NCBI GenBank assembly: GCA_934500865.1
Contig: CAKSUD010000007.1
Span: 6,312-38,311 of the forward strand
Length of the DNA: 32,000 nucleotides
Reading direction: 5' to 3'
Origin: an uncultured Clostridia bacterium
GTDB taxonomy: Bacteria; Bacillota; Clostridia; TANB77; RGIG9151
The notes beneath the pieces are model-generated. The model was not told the DNA's origin. It saw only the letters and a program-made list of their open reading frames with translations, and did no database searches. The position numbers and the translations under genes were made by a program. Numbering within the stretch: position 1 is the first letter of the stretch; each line of letters starts with the position of its first letter. This document shows, piece after piece, positions 22,301 to 28,771 of this stretch.

Positions 22301-22938
22301 GTGAAGTTATCGTTACTGACCCTGATGGAGATGCAAAGACATACTTAATTCCTTTCGGTTCAAGATTAAAAGTTCGTGATGGCGACTTTGTAGAAGCCGG
22401 AGATGAGTTAACAGAAGGTTCTGTAAATCCACACGACATTATAAGAATTAAAGGTGTTGACGGAGTTCAATTATATATGCTTCGTGAAGTTCAAAAAGTT
22501 TATAGAATGCAGGGTGTTGATATCAACGATAAACACATTGAAGTTATTGTTCGTCAAATGCTTCGTAAGATTAAAGTTGATGAAGCTGGAGATACAAACT
22601 TCTTACCTGGAATTCTTGTAGATATGTTTGAATTTGAAAGTGAAAACGAAAGAGTTATAGCTGAAGGTGGAACACCGGCTACTGGTAAACAAACATTGCT
22701 TGGTATTACAAAAGCAGCTTTAACAACAGAATCATTCTTATCAGCAGCATCATTCCAAGAAACAACAAGAGTTTTAACTGATGCAGCTATTAAAGGTAAG
22801 GTTGACCCATTGGTTGGACTTAAAGAAAACGTTATCATTGGTAAGTTAATTCCTGCCGGAACTGGTATGGCTAGATATAAAGATATAAACATTCAAACAG
22901 TTAAGGAAGAAAAAAGTGAAGACGAAATAGTCGACTAA
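19306..22938 (+). CDS. rpoC: DNA-directed RNA polymerase beta-prime subunit
   Basis: The start [24 protein letters not shown] is at ATG 19306, with a GAGAGGAG RBS at 19291-19298; the track's 19279 start is rejected. A Zn-finger (CHCGKYK...CDRCGVEV) and the NADFDGD catalytic motif are present. Confidence 0.99.
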   Translation: MFELNNFDSIKISLASPEKIREWSKGEVKKPETINYRTLKPERDGLFCEKIFGPQKDWECHCGKYKRVRYKGIVCDRCGVEVTKSKVRRERMGHIELAAPVSHIWYFKGIPSRMGLILDLSPRALEKVLYFASYIVMDAGTTALMKKQILTEKEYAEAKEQYGANAFRVGIGAEAIRELLKEIDLESLAKELREEMNSSSGQKKVKIIKRLEAVDSFRLSGNRPEWMILDVVPVIPPDLRPMVQLDGGRFATSDLNDLYRRVINRNNRLKRLLDLGAPEIIVRNEKRMLQEAVDALIDNGRRGRPVTGPGNRPLKSLSDLLKGKQGRFRQNLLGKRVDYSGRSVIVVGPELKIYQCGVPREMAIELFKPFVMKKLVENGMAHNIKSAKRMVERVKPEVWDILEEVIKEHPVMLNRAPTLHRLGIQAFEPVLVEGRALKLHPLVCTAFNADFDGDQMAIHLPLSAEAQAETRFLMLSANNLLKPQDGKPVTVPTQDMVLGSYYLTYETGMNDERVPSYLLDVPEDERYAKDADGNFVLDAEGKKRLLLKAFSDKDEAFEAYSVNAIKLQDPILVRSTKEIDGVKKSRVIKTTMGKIIFNESIPQDIGFVDRSIPGNEFKMEVDFLVTKKELGKIIDKCIRKYGFTISADVVDKIKATGYKYSTRSGITVGVADMQIPGVKEQRIKEAEAKVETITKQYQRGLLSNEDRRNSVITIWEDTTKVITQDLMDGLDRLNPVYMMAHSGARGNVNQIRQLAGIRGLMADTSGKTVEIPIKSNLKEGLDVLEYFISSHGSRKGLADTALRTADSGYLTRRLVDVSQDVIIREEDCGTKKGIWVEDVTEGKEVIEPLSERLVGRTAIGDVVNPETNEVIVKDDTLITETQAKAIEKAGIKKVYIRSTLTCRSRHGICAKCYGTNLATGKPINIGEAVGIIAAQSIGEPGTQLTMRTFHTGGVAAAGGDITHGLPRVEEIFEARKPKGLAVITEIKGNVTVSDNKKKREVIVTDPDGDAKTYLIPFGSRLKVRDGDFVEAGDELTEGSVNPHDIIRIKGVDGVQLYMLREVQKVYRMQGVDINDKHIEVIVRQMLRKIKVDEAGDTNFLPGILVDMFEFESENERVIAEGGTPATGKQTLLGITKAALTTESFLSAASFQETTRVLTDAAIKGKVDPLVGLKENVIIGKLIPAGTGMARYKDINIQTVKEEKSEDEIVD

Positions 22939-22949
22939 AAAATGAAAAA

Positions 22950-22984
22950 AGAGTGAAATCTTAAAAAAGATTTTGCTCTTTTTT
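22950..22984 (+). terminator. Rho-independent terminator of rpoBC
   Basis: 13-bp stem AGAGTGAAATCTT paired with AAGATTTTGCTCT (two G-U wobbles), AAAA loop, T-run at 22979-22984. Confidence 0.8.
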
Positions 22985-23047
22985 ATGTAAGAAACTATAT
23001 AAATTAAAAAAATTTAGATATAATACATTTGGAAGGAGAGGAGAATT

Positions 23048-24103
23048 ATGAATAAAACAAAAGTATTTCAAGTAGGAACAGGTAAAATGGCCAAATACAC
23101 AATGAGATATGTATTTGAAAAAGGTGGCGAGGTTGTTGGAGCTGCTGATATAAATCCGAAGGTTATAGGTAAAGATATCGGTGAAATAATAGGAGCAGAG
23201 AACAAAAACGTAAAAGTCACTGATGTTTCTAACCTAGAAAAAATTTTACTAGATGTAAAACCAGATGTTTGTATAGTAGAAACAATGAGCTTATTAAATG
23301 ATGTTGGAAATGTTTTGTTGACTTGTGCAAAATGTGGTGTAAATGCAATCACAACTTGTGAAGAGGCATTCTATTCTTGGAATTCAAATCCAACTCTAAC
23401 TGAAGAAATAGACAGATTAGCAAAAGAACACAACTGCACAATTACAGGAACAGGATATCAAGATATATTCTGGGGGCAACTAATAACATCACTTGCAGGA
23501 GCTACTCAAAAAATAACTAAAATAAAGGGAAGCTCTAGCTACAATGTTGAAGAATATGGTATAGCATTGGCAAAAGCACATGGTGCAGGTTTAACAAAAG
23601 AGGAATTTGAAAGAGATGTAGCATCAGCAGACGAAATAAGTAAAGAAGAAAGAGAAAAATTAATAAATAGCAGAGAATTTTTACCTTCATATATGTGGAA
23701 CACAAACGGATGGTTATGTTCAAAACTAGGCTTAACAATTAAGTCTCAAACACAAAAATGTGTACCACAATTCTATGATGAAGATATAGAATCAAGCACA
23801 CTAAATATGACTGTAAAGAAAGGTATGGCAACTGGAATGAGTGCTGTTGTTACTACTCAAACAGAGGAAGGAATAACAATAGAGTCAGAATGTATAGGAA
23901 AAGTATATTCCAAAAATGATGTGGATACAAACGAATGGACAGTATACGGAGAGCCTGATACAACATTAAAAATTACAATGCCGGCAACAGTAGAACTTAC
24001 TTGTGCAACAGTTGTAAACAGAATACCTGATGTAATAAAAGGAGAAGCAGGATTTGTTCCGACTTGTAAGTTTGGTGAATTAACATATAAATTCAAAATT
24101 TAA
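23048..24103 (+). CDS. NAD(P)-dependent oxidoreductase of the DapB-fold / 2,4-diaminopentanoate-dehydrogenase (native amine dehydrogenase) family
   Basis: 351 aa with GGAAGGAGAGGAG RBS. It has an N-terminal Rossmann motif VGTGKMA, and ..INP..IGKDIGEI.G......V.VTD followed by GTGYQDIFW. From memory this resembles the layout of Clostridial Ord/2,4-DAPDH and of dihydrodipicolinate-reductase-like proteins. No alignment was run. Confidence 0.55.
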   Translation: MNKTKVFQVGTGKMAKYTMRYVFEKGGEVVGAADINPKVIGKDIGEIIGAENKNVKVTDVSNLEKILLDVKPDVCIVETMSLLNDVGNVLLTCAKCGVNAITTCEEAFYSWNSNPTLTEEIDRLAKEHNCTITGTGYQDIFWGQLITSLAGATQKITKIKGSSSYNVEEYGIALAKAHGAGLTKEEFERDVASADEISKEEREKLINSREFLPSYMWNTNGWLCSKLGLTIKSQTQKCVPQFYDEDIESSTLNMTVKKGMATGMSAVVTTQTEEGITIESECIGKVYSKNDVDTNEWTVYGEPDTTLKITMPATVELTCATVVNRIPDVIKGEAGFVPTCKFGELTYKFKI

Positions 24104-24120
24104 TTAGAATTTATTAAACA

Positions 24121-24147
24121 AAAAAGAGACTTTTGGTCTCTTTTTTT
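24121..24147. terminator. Bidirectional terminator between the oxidoreductase (+) and the DUF1540 gene (-)
   Basis: AAAAAGAGAC-TTTTG-GTCTCTTTTTTT: a short GC-containing stem flanked by an A-run and a T-run. It overlaps the DUF1540 stop codon. Confidence 0.75.
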
Positions 24148-24307
24148 AGTCCTTGCAAATAAATGTTTCGCAACAAGTTCCGTCAGATGTATGAGCCTTA
24201 CCGGACATATTGTTTACGTCTAATTGTTTTGCTGTGCAAAAGTGATTTTCCCAGTATGTGCATGTGTCTACACTGCAATGAACAGGCATTCTATTTGGAT
24301 TTCCCAT
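24146..24307 (-). CDS. DUF1540-family small cysteine-rich protein
   Basis: MGNPNRMPVHCSVDTCTYWENHFCTAKQLDVNNMSGKAHTSDGTCCETFICKD fits the DUF1540 pattern V.C.V..C.Y.....C.A..I.V.........T.C.TF. The ATG at 24307 has an AAGGAG RBS 9 nt upstream. The track's longer start at 24340 has no RBS. Confidence 0.65.
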   Translation of the reverse strand: MGNPNRMPVHCSVDTCTYWENHFCTAKQLDVNNMSGKAHTSDGTCCETFICKD

Positions 24308-24388
24308 ATAACTCATCTCCTTTTTTATTATTTTGCACAAAATTTAATAAATATATGCTAAATATCTGATTAAAGTTTTATGGAAATA

Positions 24389-24431
24389 TTGACGAATAAC
24401 ATTTGGAGTATAATTTTGACAATTATATATT
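24389..24431 (+). promoter_or_regulatory. Candidate promoter region for the NRPS gene (exact hexamers ambiguous)
   Basis: Two options. One is TTGACG (24389-24394) with TATAAT (24409-24414), but the spacer is only 14 nt. The other is TTGGAG (24403-24408), 17-nt spacer, TATATT (24426-24431). A second TTGACA sits at 24415-24420. Confidence 0.3.
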
Positions 24432-24451
24432 GAATTAGGGAGGCAGTAAAA

Positions 24452-27400
24452 ATGGATAAAAAAATGTATACTTTGTCACGTCCGCAGAAAACTATTTGGT
24501 ATATGGAAAAATTGTACAAAGATTCTGGAATGACTAATATTTGTGGAACAGTAAGATTTAAAATTGAAGTTGATTTTGAACTTCTGCGTAAAGCAATTAA
24601 CATTTTTGTTTCTGCTAATGACGCTATGCGCGTTAAAGTGCAGGAGGATAATGGAACCCCGTATCAATATATAAAAGATTATAAAGAGTTTGAAGTTAAA
24701 TTTGTTGATTTTTCTGATAAAACTAAAGAAGAGTTTTATAGGTGGGAAGAAATTGAGAGCAAGAAACCAATTGATACTTCAAATAGTGAATTGTTTGAAT
24801 TTATAATGATTAAATTTAGTGATTCAGAGGGCGGATATCTTATAAAGGTTAACCATATTATTAGTGATGCATGGAGCATTATGCTTTTGGTAAGCGACAT
24901 AAAAGATATATATTCTGAGTTAGTTTATGGAAATTTTGAAAAATATGAAAAGCCCTCTTATTTAGATTATATAGACTCTGAGGAAGAATATTTTAATTCA
25001 AAGCGTTATATTTCGGATAAAGAATATTGGGAAGAGAAGTTAAAAGATTTCGAAGAGGTCACAACACTAAAAGACAATGTAGGAGATAAAAGCTTTACTA
25101 ATGCTACCAGAAAGACGTTTTTGGTACCGGAAAAATTAAATAGAAAAATGAAGTCTTTCTGTGAAGAAAATAAAGTGTCAGAATATGCATTATTCATAGG
25201 TGCATTGGCTATGTACATAAATAGAGTTAAGAATAAAGAAAATATATTGTTTGGCACATCTTTATTAAATAGAACTGGAATAAAGGAAAAAGAAACGATA
25301 GGGATGTTTGCTAGTACGGCTGTTCCATTAAAAGTTGATATTAAAGATGATACAAATTTTAGCATGTTTATAAAAGAAATATCAAAAGAAATTCTGTCTG
25401 TTTTAAGGCATCAAAAGTACCCTTATGAAGATATGCTTAAAATAGCCCAAAATGCTAACAAATCAACTGACAAAATATTTGATATAGTTCTTAACTATCA
25501 AAATGCAAAAGGAACTAAAGGCGTTTTAGAGCACGAAGTACCGTATTCTACAAGATGGAATTTCAATGGGGAGCAAATAGAATCTTTAATTGTTAATGTA
25601 AATGACAGAGATAATGAAGGTAAATTAATAATAGATTATGATTTCTTAAATCATATGTTTTGTATTAAGGAAATAGAGTTTTTACACCAACATATTATTA
25701 ATATTTTGTGGCATGCACTAGACAATCCGGAAAAAGCGATCTCAAAGCTAGAAATGCTTTCAGAGGATGAAAAAAGACAAATTCTATTTGATTTTAATGA
25801 TACAGAAGCAGCTTATAATAAGAATATTACAATACACGAATTATTTGAAGAGATAGTAAAAAAATATCCGAATAATATTGCTGTTAAATTTGAAAATGAA
25901 ACTATCACTTATAGAGAGCTGAATGAAAAGGCAAATAGTTTAGCCAGAACTTTAAGGAAGTTGGGTGTAAGGCGTCAGGATATTATTGCGGTTATAATGT
26001 ATAAGTCAATAAATACAATAATTGCTACTTTGGGTATTCTTAAAGCCGGAGCGGCATATTTGCCAATTGACCCTGATTTTCCAAGCGATAGGAAGAAATT
26101 TATGATTACTGACTGCAATTCAAGGGTATTGATTACTGAACAAAAGTTAAAAAATGAGAATCCTTTTGATGGAACAGTTATATGTTTAGACGAGGAAGGA
26201 GTATTCTGTGAAGATATAACTAATTTAGAAAATATAAATGAATCCGGTGATTTGATTTATATAATTTATACATCCGGCTCTACGGGTAATCCAAAAGGAG
26301 TTATGTTAGAACATAGAAATGTTGTAAGGCTTCTATTCAACAGTAAATTCCAGTATGATTTTAATGAGAATGACGTTTGGACAATGTTTCACTCATATTG
26401 TTTTGACTTCTCGGTATGGGAAATGTATGGTGCACTACTTTATGGCGGAAAACTTATAATTATATCTAAGGAAACCTCAAAAGACTTAAATAAATTTGTC
26501 AAATTGCTTAGAGAAGAAAATGTTAGCGTCCTTAATCAAACACCAGCGATGTTTTATAATGTAATTAATGAAGAAATGTTATATAATGACGCTGATTTAA
26601 ACATAAGGTATGTTATTTTTGGGGGAGAGGCATTAAATCCTAGTAAATTAAAACCATTTAGAGAGAAATATCAAAAATGTAAATTAATTAATATGTATGG
26701 AATAACTGAGACAACAGTTCATGTTACATTTAAAGAGCTAAGTGATGATGACATAGAAAATGGAAAGAGTAATATAGGTAAGCCTATTCCAACATTAAAA
26801 ACATATATAATGGATAAGAACTTGAACTTATTACCAATTGGAATACCAGGGGAGATTTGTGTTTCCGGTGATGGAGTTGCGAGGGGATATTTGAATCAAA
26901 AAGAACTAACCAACAAAAAATTTGTTGTTAATCCATATAGCCCAAATGAAAGATTATATCGTTCCGGTGACTTGGGAAGATTCTTTGCAAGAGGAGATAT
27001 GGAATACTTGGGAAGGATTGACAGTCAAGTTAAGGTTAGAGGTTTTAGAGTTGAAATAGGTGAGATTGAACGAAATATATCTAGTTTTCCTAAGGTAAAA
27101 GATGTTGTAGTTATTCCTAAGAAGGATGAAAATGAAAAGAGCTATTTAGTTGCTTATTTAGTGTGTACACAGGTGATAGATATTCAAGAATTAAAAAAAC
27201 ATTTAGGAAAATTTATGCCTACATATATGATTCCTTCATATTTTGTGTTTATGGAAAAGCTACCGATTAATGCTAATGGGAAGATAAATAGAAAGGAACT
27301 GCCTGAACCGTTAAGAGAAATAAAAGAGGATGTACCATATGTTGAGCCTAGAGATAAAACCGATAAAGTTTTGCAAACCGTTTTCTCAGAGGTTTTAAAG

Positions 27401-28771
27401 CTAGATAATATAGGAATAGATAATGATTTTTTTGCTATGGGGGGAGATTCTTTAACGGTTATTCAAGCATTGACTAAATTATATAAATATGATTTAGGAA
27501 TTAGTGCTACGGATTTTTATAAGTATCCTACAATTAGGTTGCTAAGTAATAAAGTTAAAAATAATATACAATTAGAGGATGATATGCAAAGAGAGACTTT
27601 TGCAGTGGTTCCTGATTTCAAATTATCAGAGAAGTTAACTAATAGGGAAATGAAAAATGTCTTAGTTACAGGTGCAACCGGTTTTTTAGGTAGCCATATT
27701 GTAAAGAATTTGTTAGACAATACTGAGGCTAAAGTTTATTGTTTGGTTAGGGGGAGTTCTCAAGCTGAAGCCAGGGAAAGGTTTTATAAAGTATTTAAAT
27801 TTTACTTTAATACTCAATATTGCGAAGATAGAATAGAAATTATTAATGGGGATATTACTATGGAAGATCTTGGAGTAGGCTCTGAGATGTCTTATAAATT
27901 GGGCAGAACAATAGATAATATTATACATACAGCTGCACTTGTTAAATATTATGGGGATTACAAAGAATTTGAGACAATTAATATAGCAGGTGTTAGAAAT
28001 GTAATGATTTTCGCAAAAAAATATGGCATAAAACTTAATCACATTTCTACAATAGGTATTTCAGGGAGCTATTTAGTAAGAAATAACATAAATTCAAAAG
28101 AGCTTACAGAAAAAGATTTATATGTGGGTCAAAATTACACTGAAAATGCTTATGTTAAGACTAAATTCTTAGCTGAAAATATGCTATTAAATGAGATTAG
28201 TAATGGACTAAAATTGACTATATTTAGAATGGGAAATTTAACAGGAAGGTATAGCGATGGGTATTTTCAAAAGAATGCTAAGGATAATGCTTTTTATAAT
28301 ATATTAAAATCTATAATAGAACTAAAAAAAGTCTCTTCAGATATGGATGATGTAGATGTTGAGCTTACACCAGTTGATATGGCTGCAAATTGTGTAGTAA
28401 GCATTGCCAAAACTAATGAATGCGATTCTAGAATTTTTCATATAACAAATTATAAAGAACCACATTTTGAAAAAATAAGACATATGTTGGTAAGACTTGG
28501 CTTTGATATTCAAGTTATTAGTAATGACGAATTTAATAGGTACATAAAAGAAGTGTCGGGTAAAGATGAAGAAAGTGAAATACTTAGAGGTATAATTACA
28601 GATGTGGGAACAGATGGTAGACTGAATTATAATATACCTGTAAAAGCAACTGCAAATATTACAGCAAAATATCTAAAAATGTTAGGATTCGAATGGCCTG
28701 ATATAGAAATTGAATACGTAAAAAAGATAGTGAATTATTTAAATTCAATAAATTATTTTGAAACTAAATGA
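24452..28771 (+). CDS. Single-module non-ribosomal peptide synthetase, domain order C-A-T-R (terminal thioester reductase); A-domain code predicts threonine
   Basis: 1439 aa with AGGGAGG RBS at 24437-24443. C domain, aa ~5-435: LSRPQKTIWYME, active-site NHIISDAW at aa 134-141. A domain, aa ~455-950: LIYIIYTSGSTGNPKGV, FDFSVWE, NMYGITETT, GEICVSGDGVARGY, YRSGDLG, GRIDSQVKVRGFRVEIGEIE, NGKINRKEL. T domain: FFAMGGDSL, Ser1000 at nt 27449-27451. R domain, aa ~1066-1425: LVTGATGFLGSH, HISTIG, YVKTK. Confidence 0.95.
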   Translation: MDKKMYTLSRPQKTIWYMEKLYKDSGMTNICGTVRFKIEVDFELLRKAINIFVSANDAMRVKVQEDNGTPYQYIKDYKEFEVKFVDFSDKTKEEFYRWEEIESKKPIDTSNSELFEFIMIKFSDSEGGYLIKVNHIISDAWSIMLLVSDIKDIYSELVYGNFEKYEKPSYLDYIDSEEEYFNSKRYISDKEYWEEKLKDFEEVTTLKDNVGDKSFTNATRKTFLVPEKLNRKMKSFCEENKVSEYALFIGALAMYINRVKNKENILFGTSLLNRTGIKEKETIGMFASTAVPLKVDIKDDTNFSMFIKEISKEILSVLRHQKYPYEDMLKIAQNANKSTDKIFDIVLNYQNAKGTKGVLEHEVPYSTRWNFNGEQIESLIVNVNDRDNEGKLIIDYDFLNHMFCIKEIEFLHQHIINILWHALDNPEKAISKLEMLSEDEKRQILFDFNDTEAAYNKNITIHELFEEIVKKYPNNIAVKFENETITYRELNEKANSLARTLRKLGVRRQDIIAVIMYKSINTIIATLGILKAGAAYLPIDPDFPSDRKKFMITDCNSRVLITEQKLKNENPFDGTVICLDEEGVFCEDITNLENINESGDLIYIIYTSGSTGNPKGVMLEHRNVVRLLFNSKFQYDFNENDVWTMFHSYCFDFSVWEMYGALLYGGKLIIISKETSKDLNKFVKLLREENVSVLNQTPAMFYNVINEEMLYNDADLNIRYVIFGGEALNPSKLKPFREKYQKCKLINMYGITETTVHVTFKELSDDDIENGKSNIGKPIPTLKTYIMDKNLNLLPIGIPGEICVSGDGVARGYLNQKELTNKKFVVNPYSPNERLYRSGDLGRFFARGDMEYLGRIDSQVKVRGFRVEIGEIERNISSFPKVKDVVVIPKKDENEKSYLVAYLVCTQVIDIQELKKHLGKFMPTYMIPSYFVFMEKLPINANGKINRKELPEPLREIKEDVPYVEPRDKTDKVLQTVFSEVLKLDNIGIDNDFFAMGGDSLTVIQALTKLYKYDLGISATDFYKYPTIRLLSNKVKNNIQLEDDMQRETFAVVPDFKLSEKLTNREMKNVLVTGATGFLGSHIVKNLLDNTEAKVYCLVRGSSQAEARERFYKVFKFYFNTQYCEDRIEIINGDITMEDLGVGSEMSYKLGRTIDNIIHTAALVKYYGDYKEFETINIAGVRNVMIFAKKYGIKLNHISTIGISGSYLVRNNINSKELTEKDLYVGQNYTENAYVKTKFLAENMLLNEISNGLKLTIFRMGNLTGRYSDGYFQKNAKDNAFYNILKSIIELKKVSSDMDDVDVELTPVDMAANCVVSIAKTNECDSRIFHITNYKEPHFEKIRHMLVRLGFDIQVISNDEFNRYIKEVSGKDEESEILRGIITDVGTDGRLNYNIPVKATANITAKYLKMLGFEWPDIEIEYVKKIVNYLNSINYFETK

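Noticed and set aside
15740-22892. Many 60-112-aa minus-strand ORFs inside rpoB and rpoC, for example 16072-16362, 17185-17508, 17515-17832, 20808-21140, 22107-22439 and 22554-22892
   Set aside because: They lie entirely antisense to extremely conserved genes and have no RBS. They translate to low-complexity S/I/L/T-rich strings, which is typical of the reverse frame of AT-rich coding DNA.
24163-24603. ORFs 24163-24369 (+) and 24370-24603 (-) near the NRPS start
   Set aside because: The first is antisense to the DUF1540 gene, which has a recognisable family pattern. The second overlaps the NRPS RBS and start in antisense. Neither has an RBS or recognisable motifs.
24452-28771. Interpreting the C-A-T-R NRPS as a myxochelin-type (MxcG-like) siderophore synthetase
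   Set aside because: No DHB biosynthesis or aryl-carrier genes, no siderophore transporter genes and no recognisable Fur-box-like palindrome are seen nearby. The A-domain code reads Thr rather than Lys.
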